A stretch of 64,000 nucleotides of DNA from an uncultured Actinomycetes bacterium (GTDB lineage Bacteria > Actinomycetota > Thermoleophilia > Gaiellales > JAICJC01). A program made the position numbers and the translations under genes. How positions within the stretch are numbered: position 1 is the first letter of the stretch; every line of letters begins with the position of its first letter. This document shows, one piece after another, positions 51,228-60,312 of the stretch. The DNA lies in the NCBI GenBank assembly GCA_963794415.1, contig CAWCDI010000001.1, positions 754,262-818,261 on the forward strand. Direction: 5' to 3'. A model generated the notes under the pieces. It saw nothing but the letters and a program-made list of their open reading frames with translations, did not search any database and had not been told where the DNA came from.

Positions 51228-52567
51228 GACCGGATCAGTGCCAGCACTTCGTCTCGCCGGGACTCCATCGTCGCCTCGGAGAGCGCCTCGAGGTTGAGGC
51301 GCAGCAGCGGCTCGGTGTTGGACGGCCGCACGTTGAAGTGCCAGTCGTCGAACTCGAACGAGATCCCGTCCAGGTGCGACACGCGCTTTGCCTGCGGGCC
51401 GAACGTGTCCTTGAGCGTCTGCAGGCGCACCGGCACGTCGTCCACAGTCGAGTTGATCTCGCCGGAGATGAAGTACTTCTCGTGGAACGGTGCGAGCAGC
51501 TCGGAGAGCTTCTTGCCCGACTGCGACAGCAGCTCGAGCAGCACGAGCGCCGGCACGATGCCCGTGTCGCAGTAGTAGAAGTCCTTGAAGTAGTAGTGGC
51601 CGGAGACCTCGCCGGCGAACACCGCGTCCTCCTTGCGGATGCGGGCCTTGATGAAGGCGTGCCCGACCCGGTTCTCGAGCGCCGTGCCGCCCAGCCGCTC
51701 GACGGTGTCGCGCACCGCCCACGACGCGCGCAGGTCATAGACGATGGTGGCGCCCGGGTGGGTCTTCAGCATGTGCTCGGCGATGAGCGCGGTGATGAGG
51801 TCGCCCGGCACGAACTCGCCGGTGTCGTCGATGAAGAAGCAGCGGTCGGCGTCGCCGTCCCACGCGATGCCGAGGTCGGCGCCGTGCTCGCGCACCTTCG
51901 CGATGATGAACTGGCGGTTCTCCTCCAGGAGCGGGTTGGGCTCGTGGTTTGGGAAGTTGCCATCCGGATCCAGCGAGTAGCGGTGGGTGACGAGGGGAAG
52001 CCGCTCGAGCACCGGCGTGATCATCGGCCCCGACATGCCGTTGGCACCGTCGAGCACCACCTCGAGCGGCTTGATGGCCGACGGGTCGATGAACTTCATG
52101 ACCCGGTCGGTGAAGCCCGGGTAGACGTCTCGCTGCGTCACCGTGCCGGTCCGCGCCGGCTCGGGCAGCTCGCCCAGGGCGATCGACTTGATCCGGTCGA
52201 GGCCGGTGTCGCCTCCCACCGGCTGGGCGCCGCGGCGCACCATCTTCATGCCGTTGTAGGCCGCCGGGTTGTGCGACGCGGTGACCTGGATGCCGCCGTG
52301 GTAGCCGTACTCGCCGACGGCGAAGTAGAGCATCTCCGTCCCGATCTGGCCCAGATCCACGACGTCGGCACCGGCGTTCGAGGCGCCGCGGATGGCCGCG
52401 GCCGTGATGTCGGGGGACGAGAGTCGCATGTCGTGCCCGATTGCCATAATCTCTGGCTCGAACGCGGCGACATACGCGGCGGCCAGCCGCTCGGCGCCCG
52501 CAGCATCGAGCTCGTCCGGCACGATGCCGCGCACGTCGTAGGCCTTGAAGACGGAGGGTGAGAGCAT
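51224..52567 (-). CDS. Phosphomannomutase/phosphoglucomutase
   Basis: ATG 52567. FKAYDVRG, active-site TASHNP, and GDGDADR-type motif (WDGDADRC). Confidence 0.9.
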   Translation of the reverse strand: MLSPSVFKAYDVRGIVPDELDAAGAERLAAAYVAAFEPEIMAIGHDMRLSSPDITAAAIRGASNAGADVVDLGQIGTEMLYFAVGEYGYHGGIQVTASHNPAAYNGMKMVRRGAQPVGGDTGLDRIKSIALGELPEPARTGTVTQRDVYPGFTDRVMKFIDPSAIKPLEVVLDGANGMSGPMITPVLERLPLVTHRYSLDPDGNFPNHEPNPLLEENRQFIIAKVREHGADLGIAWDGDADRCFFIDDTGEFVPGDLITALIAEHMLKTHPGATIVYDLRASWAVRDTVERLGGTALENRVGHAFIKARIRKEDAVFAGEVSGHYYFKDFYYCDTGIVPALVLLELLSQSGKKLSELLAPFHEKYFISGEINSTVDDVPVRLQTLKDTFGPQAKRVSHLDGISFEFDDWHFNVRPSNTEPLLRLNLEALSEATMESRRDEVLALIRS

Positions 52568-53096
52568 GGCGGAGAGTCTAGTGAGCGTGACACTGCGGCC
52601 GCTACAGATCGGCGATGCGGCCACGCTCCTCTCGCTGTACTCGGCCAACAGCCAGTTCCTGGCGCCGTTCGACCCTCCGCGGGCCGCGGACTTCCTCACC
52701 GAGACGGGTCAGGCCCGCGAGGTGGCGTTCTCGGTTGAGGCCGCCTCGGTTGGCGCCGCCCAGCGGTTCGTGATCGAGGCCGACTCCGAGCCCGTCGGCG
52801 TGCTCGGCATCTCGAACATCGTGGAGGGCGCGTTTCACAGCGCCAACATGGGCTACTGGGTCGCACAGGAGCACAACGGCCGCGGCATCGCCACGCACGC
52901 CGTTGGGCTGGCGGTGCGGTGGGCGTTCGAGCGCCGCCGGCTACACCGGCTGGAGGCCGGCACGCTCGTGGACAACTACGCGTCGCAGACCGTGCTCCAG
53001 CGAAACGGCTTCGAGCGGATCGGCCTCAGCCCGCGCTACCTGAAGATCGGCGGCGACTGGCGCGACCACATCCTCTTCAGCCGCACCGCCGACTAG
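52566..53096 (+). CDS. GNAT family N-acetyltransferase (RimJ/RimL-like)
   Basis: ATG 52566. ...GYWVAQEHNGRGIAT...LEAGTLVDNYASQTVLQRNGFERIG. Confidence 0.8.
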   Translation: MAESLVSVTLRPLQIGDAATLLSLYSANSQFLAPFDPPRAADFLTETGQAREVAFSVEAASVGAAQRFVIEADSEPVGVLGISNIVEGAFHSANMGYWVAQEHNGRGIATHAVGLAVRWAFERRRLHRLEAGTLVDNYASQTVLQRNGFERIGLSPRYLKIGGDWRDHILFSRTAD

Positions 53097-53572
53097 CTGG
53101 GCCAGGCCGCGCGGACCTGCTCGAGCGTGCGCGAGAGGTGCTCGGGCATCACGCGCACGTCCGCAAGTACCGGCATGAAGTTGGTATCGCCGGTCCAGCG
53201 CGGCACGACGTGCAGGTGGACGTGGCCGACCACGCCGGCACCGGCCACGCGGCCGATGTTGATCCCGGTGTTGAACCCTTCCGGCGACATCGCCTTCGTG
53301 AGCGCCGCGATGCTCTGATCCATCAGCTCCCACATCTCGGCGCGCTCCTCGGCGGTGAACTCCGCCGTCGAGCCGAGGTGCCGGTAGGGCGCCACCATCA
53401 GGTGGCCGTTGGCGTACGGGTAGAGGTTCAGGAGGGCGTAGGCGTGCTCGCCGCGGTGGACGATCAGGTTCTCGGTGTCGTCGCCCTTCGGCTTGGCGCA
53501 GAAGATGCACTCATCGCCGCCGCCGGACTGGATGTACTGCAGGCGCCACGGCGCCCACAGCCGTTCGGTCAC
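53093..53572 (-). CDS. HIT family protein (Ap4A phosphorylase / nucleotidyl transferase-like)
   Basis: Histidine triad HVHLHVVPR. GTGA overlap with the corA stop. Confidence 0.85.
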   Translation of the reverse strand: MTERLWAPWRLQYIQSGGGDECIFCAKPKGDDTENLIVHRGEHAYALLNLYPYANGHLMVAPYRHLGSTAEFTAEERAEMWELMDQSIAALTKAMSPEGFNTGINIGRVAGAGVVGHVHLHVVPRWTGDTNFMPVLADVRVMPEHLSRTLEQVRAAWPS

Positions 53573-54564
53573 AGCCAGTCCTTGTGGCGGAAGTACGACA
53601 GCATCCCGACGGAGACCGTCAGCATGATCGCGACGATGATCCAGAAGGAGTGGGCCGCATGCTCCTCGGGTAGGTGCACGTTCATGCCGTAGATGCCCGA
53701 GAGGAGCGTCAGCGGCAGCAGGATCACGCTGAACAGCGTCAGGATCCGCAGGATGTCGTTCTGCTTGTGCGCGATGATCGACTCGTTGGTCTGCTCGAGC
53801 GCCTCGACCACTTCCTTGTAGTTGTCGAGCTGATCCCAGATGCGCTCGGCCTTGTCGACGATGTCGTCGAAGTACACCTCGAGATCCTCGGGCAGGTACC
53901 GCGTGCGGGCACGCTCCAGCAGGCGCAGCGTGCTGCGCTCGGGCTTGATGACCTTGCGGTAGGCGACGATCTCCTGCTTCACGTCGGAGATGTCGCGCAC
54001 GACCTCCTCGGAGCGGCGCTCGGTGAAGATGGACTCGTTCAGGCGGTCGAGCTTGAACCCGATCTTGTCGAGGATGGGGAAGCAGTAGTCGAAGAGCTCC
54101 GAGAGCACCTCATAGAGCAGGTAGCCGGCGCCCTTGGAGAAGTACTCCTCGCGCCGCTCCGGGTTGCTCTCGAGCTGCCCGAACAACCGGCCCAGCGGCT
54201 TGAGCGGCACGTTGGGGAGCGTGACGATGAGGCCTTCCTTCACGAACACGTTCAGCTCCGCCGCGTCCAGCCGCCGCTTCACCTTGTTGAAGTACGGCAC
54301 GTGGAGCACGATGAACATGTACTCGTCGTAGGAGTCGATCTTGGGCCGCTGCCGCGTGGAGAGGACATCCTCGAGGTCGAGCGGGTGGAAATCGAACTGC
54401 TCGGCCAGGTAGGCCGTCTCGGTCGCGGTCGGCGCTTCCAGGTTGAGCCAGCGCAGGCCAAAGCCCTCGAGCTCAGCTACATGCGGCTCGAAGTGCTCGG
54501 CTGTCCCCTGCGGCGCACGATCGCGCCGACGTACTGTCCTCGGGATCCGTGGCAGGTTCGGCAT
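53569..54564 (-). CDS. corA: Magnesium/cobalt transporter CorA
   Basis: ATG 54564. YGMNV motif and two C-terminal TM segments. The upstream part of the 598-aa track ORF looks non-coding. Confidence 0.88.
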   Translation of the reverse strand: MPNLPRIPRTVRRRDRAPQGTAEHFEPHVAELEGFGLRWLNLEAPTATETAYLAEQFDFHPLDLEDVLSTRQRPKIDSYDEYMFIVLHVPYFNKVKRRLDAAELNVFVKEGLIVTLPNVPLKPLGRLFGQLESNPERREEYFSKGAGYLLYEVLSELFDYCFPILDKIGFKLDRLNESIFTERRSEEVVRDISDVKQEIVAYRKVIKPERSTLRLLERARTRYLPEDLEVYFDDIVDKAERIWDQLDNYKEVVEALEQTNESIIAHKQNDILRILTLFSVILLPLTLLSGIYGMNVHLPEEHAAHSFWIIVAIMLTVSVGMLSYFRHKDWL

Positions 54565-54660
54565 CGGTGCTCGCAGATGTGATTCGCGACTCGGGCATGG
54601 CTCCAGTCTACTGGTTCGACACGACAGTATCGACCGCCTGGTTGGGATACCGTAGCCCCA

Positions 54661-55377
54661 ATGGCAAAGCGCCGACCCACCGCCGACGAGAACCTGCTCA
54701 ACCGGCGCGATTCCAGTTTTCTCCATACCGATCCGTGGAGGATCCTCCGCATCCAGTCCGAGCTGGTCGATGGGTTCGATGCGCTCGCCGAGGTGGGCAA
54801 GACGGTGGCCATCTTCGGCTCCGCCCGCACCGACCCGCGCGACCACATGTACCGCGCCGCGCGTGAGACCTCGCGGCTCTTCGTCGAGGCCGGCTACGGC
54901 GTGCTCACAGGCGGCGGGCCGGGCATCATGGAGGCCGCGAACCGCGGCGCCCAGGAGAGCGGGGGCGTGTCCATCGGCGCCAACATCGAGCTGCCCCACG
55001 AGCAGCACGCCAACGTCTACCAGGACATCTCGCTCGACTTCCGGTACTTCTTCGTGCGCAAGGTGATGTTCCTGAAGTACTCGGAGGCCTTCGTCGTGTT
55101 TCCCGGCGGGTTCGGCACGATGGACGAGCTCTTCGAGGCCCTGACGCTGATCCAGACCGGCAAGGTGCACCGGTTCCCGGCCGTGCTCTACGGCAGCGAG
55201 TACTGGAGCGGGCTGCTCGACTGGGTGGGCTCCACGATGCTCGAGGAGGGCAACGTCTCGCGCGCAGACCTGGAGCTCACGATGGTCGCCGACAGCCCCG
55301 AGGAGGCCGTCGCCATGGTGATCGCCTGCAACAACGGCACCTGCGATCACCCGGCCCATCAGCACGTGAAGACATGA
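54661..55377 (+). CDS. LOG family protein (TIGR00730; nucleotide 5'-monophosphate nucleosidase-like)
   Basis: GGGPGIMEA and PGGFGTMDELFE motifs. Confidence 0.88.
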   Translation: MAKRRPTADENLLNRRDSSFLHTDPWRILRIQSELVDGFDALAEVGKTVAIFGSARTDPRDHMYRAARETSRLFVEAGYGVLTGGGPGIMEAANRGAQESGGVSIGANIELPHEQHANVYQDISLDFRYFFVRKVMFLKYSEAFVVFPGGFGTMDELFEALTLIQTGKVHRFPAVLYGSEYWSGLLDWVGSTMLEEGNVSRADLELTMVADSPEEAVAMVIACNNGTCDHPAHQHVKT

Positions 55378-56255
55378 GCGCCGCCGTACCGCCGCCGGCT
55401 GGCCGCACCGAGGTCGAGTTCGTCCCGGTCGCGCCGTACCTGCTCTCGGCCTCGCTCGGCACCCCGGATCTCACCAGGCGCCGGTTCGCGGGCGGGCTCG
55501 AGCTGGTGTACGAAGCGGGGGAGGAGCCCGCGTACGCCCGGGTGTGGCAGACCCAGGACGGTCGCCTGCGGGCCATCATCGAGGCGCCCGACCCCGAGCC
55601 TGCGCACGACCGCCTTCGCGAGCTGATGCGGATCGACGTCGATCACCGGCCGTTCCTCGAGCGGGCCCAGACCGACGAGCTGCTCGCGCCGCTCTACTCG
55701 CGGATGAAGGGGATGCGACCGCTGCTGCTCGGATCGGTGCCGCACGCGCTCATCCGCGGCGTCTGCGGGCAGCTGATCCGCACCAGCGAGGCCGTCATGA
55801 TCGAGCGGAAGATCGTCGCGCGCCTCAGCCCCCGCTACCACGATCTGCGGATGCCGCCCACGGCCGACGCCATCTCCCACGAGCACCCCGCGCGGTTCGA
55901 GCGCGCCGGGCTCTCGCCGGCCCGGGCGGTGCTGCTCAGCCGGGCGTCGATGAACAGCTGGACGGAGCTTGCCGAGGACTCGAGCGAGCGCATCGAGAAG
56001 CGGCTCCGCGCGCTTCCGGGCCTTGGCGCCTGGACGGCCGCGCAGGTGCTGCTCTACGGCTACGGCCGCTTCGATCGCGGCCTCGCGGGCGATCTCTCGC
56101 TCATCCGCCTCTCCACGCGCCTGCTCGGCCGCGAAGCGACCACCGAGGACAACGAGCAGCTGCTCGAGCCCTACGGCGAGTGGCGGGGCCTTGCGTCGAT
56201 CTGGCTCATGCACCATCCGCTCGGCCGTCGCGAGCGTCCGCTCCAGCCGGCCTGA
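55374..56255 (+). CDS. HhH-GPD superfamily DNA glycosylase (AlkA-like)
   Basis: LRALPGLGAWTAAQVLL helix-hairpin-helix followed by GD. ATGA overlap with the LOG stop. Confidence 0.7.
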   Translation: MSAAVPPPAGRTEVEFVPVAPYLLSASLGTPDLTRRRFAGGLELVYEAGEEPAYARVWQTQDGRLRAIIEAPDPEPAHDRLRELMRIDVDHRPFLERAQTDELLAPLYSRMKGMRPLLLGSVPHALIRGVCGQLIRTSEAVMIERKIVARLSPRYHDLRMPPTADAISHEHPARFERAGLSPARAVLLSRASMNSWTELAEDSSERIEKRLRALPGLGAWTAAQVLLYGYGRFDRGLAGDLSLIRLSTRLLGREATTEDNEQLLEPYGEWRGLASIWLMHHPLGRRERPLQPA

Positions 56256-57009
56256 GGTCATCGGAGCGGCCCGCCTCGATGCGCGGCCACTGGGCGATGG
56301 GCCGCCCGCCCGGCCAGACGGCTACTGGCGGCCAGTCGGGAGCGCCTGCGGCGCTTCGAATCGTCGCCCACTGCGGCCAGCCGGCGGGCGAGTCCTCCCA
56401 CTGCTCCTGGCGGCCGTAGACGGTGAGATCCATCAGCCCGTAGCTGTTGTCCATGGCCTCCGCGCCGCGGCGGGTGGTCCAGTAGGTCTCGAACACGCGA
56501 TCCCCGTCGCGGACGTAACAGACCAGGTGGAACAGGCCGACCCGGCGGCCGGTGAGGAGCTCTCCCGCCGATGCCTCGGCCGAGTACCACGGCAGATCCC
56601 AGCCCATGAACGCGCGGTAGCGGCTGCTCTCGGCGTACGGCCCCTGGCAGAGCACGGCGAAGGTGATGTCGCGGGAGTGCACATAGGCCAGCTCCCCGAT
56701 CTGGCTGGTGATCCACGTGCAGCCCTCGCACTGGCCCTCTGCCGGCCGGCCGTGGTGCCACATGAAGTAGTAGGCGATCAGCTGGCGCCGGCCCTCGAAC
56801 GCGTCGAGCAGCGAGACCTGCCCGCTGGCTCCGGTGAGCGGCAGGGAGCCGTCCACTCCGACCATCGGGAGCCGCCGCCGCTCGGCGGCGATGGCGTCAC
56901 CCTCGCGGGTGTGGGCCTTCTCGCGCGCCCGCAGGGCGTCGAGCCCGGCCTCGAACGTGGCCCGGTCGACGACGCCGGGCAATGGGGAACCGTGTGATTC
57001 ATGGGTCAT
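56206..57009 (-). CDS. DUF899 thioredoxin-like protein
   Basis: ATG 57009 overlaps the sigma stop (ATGA). ...LIAYYFMWHHG...CEGCT...GWPQW... is typical of DUF899. Confidence 0.75.
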   Translation of the reverse strand: MTHESHGSPLPGVVDRATFEAGLDALRAREKAHTREGDAIAAERRRLPMVGVDGSLPLTGASGQVSLLDAFEGRRQLIAYYFMWHHGRPAEGQCEGCTWITSQIGELAYVHSRDITFAVLCQGPYAESSRYRAFMGWDLPWYSAEASAGELLTGRRVGLFHLVCYVRDGDRVFETYWTTRRGAEAMDNSYGLMDLTVYGRQEQWEDSPAGWPQWATIRSAAGAPDWPPVAVWPGGRPIAQWPRIEAGRSDDLRPAGADARDGRADGA

Positions 57010-58268
57010 GATGGGGGACGTATACCCATCGCGGCGCGTATCAGCAACTCGCGCTCCCGTGTGTTTTGGGTCATCGCGGCTGCGCGCAGGTACTCGGCCT
57101 CGGCCTCGTCGGTGCGGCCCAGCTTCAGCAGGAGGTCCGCGCGCACGCTCGAGAGCAGGTGGTAGCTCTCCATCAGGGGCTCGTCGCGCAGCCCGTCGGC
57201 GATCTCGAGCCCGGCCTGCGGCCCGAACGCCATGCCCACGGCGACCGCGCGGTTCAGCTCGACCACGGGTGACGGGGAGATCTGGGCAAGCGCGTCGTAG
57301 ATGGCCGTGATCTGCTCCCAGTCGGTGTCCTCGGGCGCCGCCGCACGCGCATGGCAGGCCGCGATGGATGCCTGCAGAGTGTAGGGCCCCACCGGTCGGC
57401 CGATCGCAAATGCCCGCTCGAGGGCTGCGAGCCCGCGGGTGATCAGGAGCCTGTCCCAGCGCCGCCTGTCCTGATCCATGAGGAGCACGGGCTCGCCCTG
57501 CGGGCCCACCCGGGCGTGGAGGCGCGAGGACTGGATCTCCATGAGCGACACCAGGCCGTGCACCTCGGGCTCGCCCGGCATCAGCCCGGCGAGGATCCGG
57601 CCGAGGCGAAGCGCGTCCTGACACAGCTCGGGGCGGGTCCAGTCGTCACCGGCGGTCGCGGAGTAGCCCTCGTTGAACACCAGGTAGATCACCTCGAGCA
57701 CCGTTTCCAGCCGTTCGGGGAGCTCGGAGCCCGCCGGCACCTCGAACGGCACGCGAGCTTCGGTGAGCGTGCGCTTGGCCCGCACGATGCGCTGGGCGAC
57801 GGTGGACTCGCGCACCAGAAATGCCCGCGCGATCTCGTCGGTGGTGAGGCCGCCCAGCAGGCGCAGCGTGAGCGCCACCCTCGCATCGGGCGAGAGCACG
57901 GGGTGGCACGTGGTGAACATGAGGCTCAGCAAGTCGTCGCCGATCTGGTCGTCCATGGCCGCCGCGAGGTCGGGCTCGCGCTCCTCTAGCTCGAGGTCGC
58001 GAGCGACCTGGGAGTACTTGCGGTCGAGCACGACGTCTCGCCTGATGCGGTCGATCGCGCGGTGCTTGGCTGTGGCCATGAGCCAGGCGCCCGGGTTGTC
58101 CGGGACGCCTGACCTGGGCCACTGCTCGAGCGCTGCAACCAGCGCATCGCCGGCGAGGTCCTCGGCCAGCCCGACGTCGCGCACGATCCTGGCGAGTCCT
58201 GCGATGAGCCGCGGGGACTCGATCCGCCAGACTGCGTCGATCGCGCGGTTGACGTCGGGCGCCGCCAT
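57006..58268 (-). CDS. ECF-type sigma factor with a long C-terminal TPR-like extension (ECF42-like)
   Basis: 420 aa. Sigma-2 and sigma-4 regions (WRIESPRLIAGLARIV..., GLTTDEIARAFLVRESTVAQRIVRAK) plus a ~200-aa helical extension. Lies downstream of a YCII gene. Confidence 0.8.
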   Translation of the reverse strand: MAAPDVNRAIDAVWRIESPRLIAGLARIVRDVGLAEDLAGDALVAALEQWPRSGVPDNPGAWLMATAKHRAIDRIRRDVVLDRKYSQVARDLELEEREPDLAAAMDDQIGDDLLSLMFTTCHPVLSPDARVALTLRLLGGLTTDEIARAFLVRESTVAQRIVRAKRTLTEARVPFEVPAGSELPERLETVLEVIYLVFNEGYSATAGDDWTRPELCQDALRLGRILAGLMPGEPEVHGLVSLMEIQSSRLHARVGPQGEPVLLMDQDRRRWDRLLITRGLAALERAFAIGRPVGPYTLQASIAACHARAAAPEDTDWEQITAIYDALAQISPSPVVELNRAVAVGMAFGPQAGLEIADGLRDEPLMESYHLLSSVRADLLLKLGRTDEAEAEYLRAAAMTQNTRERELLIRAAMGIRPPS

Positions 58269-58270
58269 CC

Positions 58271-58648
58271 CTACGCGGGCACGTCTTCCATCTCGAAGAT
58301 TTGGCGGATCTCGAGCCGCGCCGTCTCACCCGGCGCCGCGGTGCCGGCCTCGAACGGCACGCGGCGGGCCCACTCGATGGCCTCCTCCTTCGACTTCACC
58401 TGGATGATCCAGAAGCCCGCGAGCAGCTCCTTGGACTCGGTGAACGGCCCATCGGTGACGGTGCGCTTGCCGTCGGTGTACGAGAGCATCGCGCCGTCGG
58501 AGCTCGGCCGAAGACCCTCGGCCGTGAGCAGGACGCCGGCCTTGACCATCTCGTCGTTCAACCTGTGCATCGCCTCGAAGAGCTCGGGGGGCGGCACCTG
58601 GCCGGCCTCGGCTGCATCGTTCGACTTGATCATGAGCATGAACCGCAT
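58271..58648 (-). CDS. YCII-related (DGPF) domain protein
   Basis: GGAAGGAGA-N5-ATG at 58648. MRFMLMIKS...DGPFTESKELLAGFWIIQV. Confidence 0.8.
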   Translation of the reverse strand: MRFMLMIKSNDAAEAGQVPPPELFEAMHRLNDEMVKAGVLLTAEGLRPSSDGAMLSYTDGKRTVTDGPFTESKELLAGFWIIQVKSKEEAIEWARRVPFEAGTAAPGETARLEIRQIFEMEDVPA

Positions 58649-58690
58649 CGTGGTCTCCTTCCGGGTTTTTGAACTGCCTTCTACCACCAC

Positions 58691-58717
58691 GTCGAACGAC
58701 GGGCACCGAGATCGACA
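58691..58717 (-). promoter_or_regulatory. Candidate ECF-type promoter TGTCGA-N17-CGAC upstream of the YCII/sigma operon
   Basis: On the minus strand, TGTCGA (58717-58712) and CGAC (58694-58691) lie about 45 nt upstream of the ATG. As I recall, this resembles the ECF42 target motif. Confidence 0.35.
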
Positions 58718-58805
58718 TGCCGATGAAAATTCTTTTCCGGCCGCTTCCACCGTCTGTACGCAGTCGCCCTCAACTCCGTGATCGTGCCGACCGATACCTG
58801 GGACG

Positions 58806-59519
58806 ATGGCTCCGCGCTACTGCACCAACTGTGGCACACCGCTGCCCGAGGACGCCGTGTACTGCCCTGCGTGCGGCGCCGCCGTGCGCGGCGAGGCTCC
58901 GCTCCCTGGCGAGCAGCCGGCGACCGCATTCGCCGCCGATGCGACGCATCAGCTCTCGGGCTGGTGGCGACGCGTCGGGGCATACCTCATCGACGGGGTG
59001 GTCATCCTCGCGGTGATGGTGCCCCTCGTCGCGGTCTTCATCGGGATCGCTCTGGCGGGCGGCGTGAAGCACGTCCACTCCGGCGGCACGTTCCAGTTCC
59101 ACTACGACGATCACGCGTCGGACGCCTCCGGAGGGACGTACGTCGTCGGTCACCACGTCTACCACGTGGTGGTCGCCCCGTGGTTCTGGCCGGTCGCGGT
59201 CATCGGGGTGATGCTCGCGATCGCGGTGCAGTGGGGGTACTCGCCGTTTCTGATGCGGCGGGCGGGCCAGCACAACGGCCAGACGATCGGCCGTCAGGCG
59301 ACGGGCATCCGGGTCGTGCGCGACACCGGGGCGCCGGTCGGGTTCTGGTTCGCCGTCCTTCGCGAGACGGTCATCAAGTCGTTTCTGATCAGCACGATCC
59401 TGCTCGTCCCGCTGCTCGGATGGGTCGCAGTGCTGGTCTGGTTCCTGTGGCCGCTCTGGGACAGCTCCAACCGCGCGCCGCAGGACATGATGGTGAAGAC
59501 GCACGTCGTCATCGCATAG
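58806..59519 (+). CDS. Zinc-ribbon / RDD family membrane protein
   Basis: N-terminal CxxC...CxxC (YCTNCGTPLPEDAVYCPACG), then an RDD-like TM domain (WWRRVGAYLIDG...). Confidence 0.8.
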   Translation: MAPRYCTNCGTPLPEDAVYCPACGAAVRGEAPLPGEQPATAFAADATHQLSGWWRRVGAYLIDGVVILAVMVPLVAVFIGIALAGGVKHVHSGGTFQFHYDDHASDASGGTYVVGHHVYHVVVAPWFWPVAVIGVMLAIAVQWGYSPFLMRRAGQHNGQTIGRQATGIRVVRDTGAPVGFWFAVLRETVIKSFLISTILLVPLLGWVAVLVWFLWPLWDSSNRAPQDMMVKTHVVIA

Positions 59520-59547
59520 CCCGGAACGACCTACTGGATTTCGCCCG

Positions 59548-59760
59548 GTGACCGGAGTGTCGGTGCATGGCTATGTAGCTGAGCGTGAGCGGGGTGGCGG
59601 CGCGCTCAGCGGCGGGTGCGAGGGCGGCGCCGACCCGTTCCAGCCGCCGAGCTACACATCTGTCACCGGCTCGTGGCAGGCGGTGGTGCCGTGCATGAAC
59701 GGCGGTACGACCACGTGCCCGGCCACCAGGAGCGAGCTGAAGTGGCTCGGTCCACCGTAG
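59548..59760 (+). CDS. Possible small Cys-containing protein (about 70 aa)
   Basis: GC3 is high from about 59600 onward (GGALSGGCEGGADPFQPPSYTSVTGSWQAVVPCMNGGTTTCPATRSELKWLGPP). I recognise no homology. Confidence 0.3.
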   Translation: MTGVSVHGYVAERERGGGALSGGCEGGADPFQPPSYTSVTGSWQAVVPCMNGGTTTCPATRSELKWLGPP

Positions 59761-59806
59761 TCCGCCGAGCCGGCGACCGCTCAAGCCCTGCCTGAGGACC
59801 GTCGAT

Positions 59807-60070
59807 ATGTGCTCAATGGAGCAATATGACCATCGGCACTCGCGTGACTCCTCGATCTACACCCCGTTGCTCGTGGTGTCGCTGCTGTCGCTGATCGTCA
59901 CTCTGCCGGCCGGCGCCTTCCTGACGATCGCCGCGATGTTCCACGGAGGCGGCGACAACTACGGTGACGGCTCTGCGGTGCTCTCGGGGACCGGCTACGT
60001 CATCGGCCTCGCCGTCATGTCGGTGATCTGGATCGTCGTCGTGCTGGCGATCCTCACCGCGCGCAGATGA
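59807..60070 (+). CDS. Small membrane protein, possibly continuing in another frame to 60260
   Basis: Two TM segments. Directly after the TGA, high-GC3 membrane-like coding (VIVSAVSFWGVLFATLALSTAG...GSGWVR, stop at 60258-60260) resumes in a shifted frame. That frame has no start codon before GTG 60132. Confidence 0.5.
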   Translation: MCSMEQYDHRHSRDSSIYTPLLVVSLLSLIVTLPAGAFLTIAAMFHGGGDNYGDGSAVLSGTGYVIGLAVMSVIWIVVVLAILTARR

Positions 60071-60312
60071 CGGGGTCTCGAGGCGGGCCAAGACCCGAGG
60101 AGTCATCGTCTCGGCGGTCTCGTTCTGGGGAGTGCTCTTCGCGACCCTCGCGCTGTCCACGGCGGGCCTCGGGCATGTTGACCTGTCGCTGCTCCTCGGC
60201 GCGCCCGTGCTCGGGGCCCTGGCCGGCAGCTACGCGATCGGCAGCGGCTGGGTGAGGTAGGCGGCCCGTCGCCTGGCGGCAGTCCACCAACCCGACGACC
60301 GCTCGCCCGTCA

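Noticed and set aside
54565-54660. Possible Mg2+ (M-box) or other riboswitch in the corA leader, and riboswitches upstream of pdxS or serA
   Set aside because: I recognised no conserved riboswitch core sequences. The leaders are short. A covariance-model scan would be needed to exclude them formally.
53569-55365. 598-aa version of the corA ORF
   Set aside because: The upstream 267 residues are antisense to the LOG gene and compositionally non-coding. ATG 54564 gives a normal 331-aa CorA.
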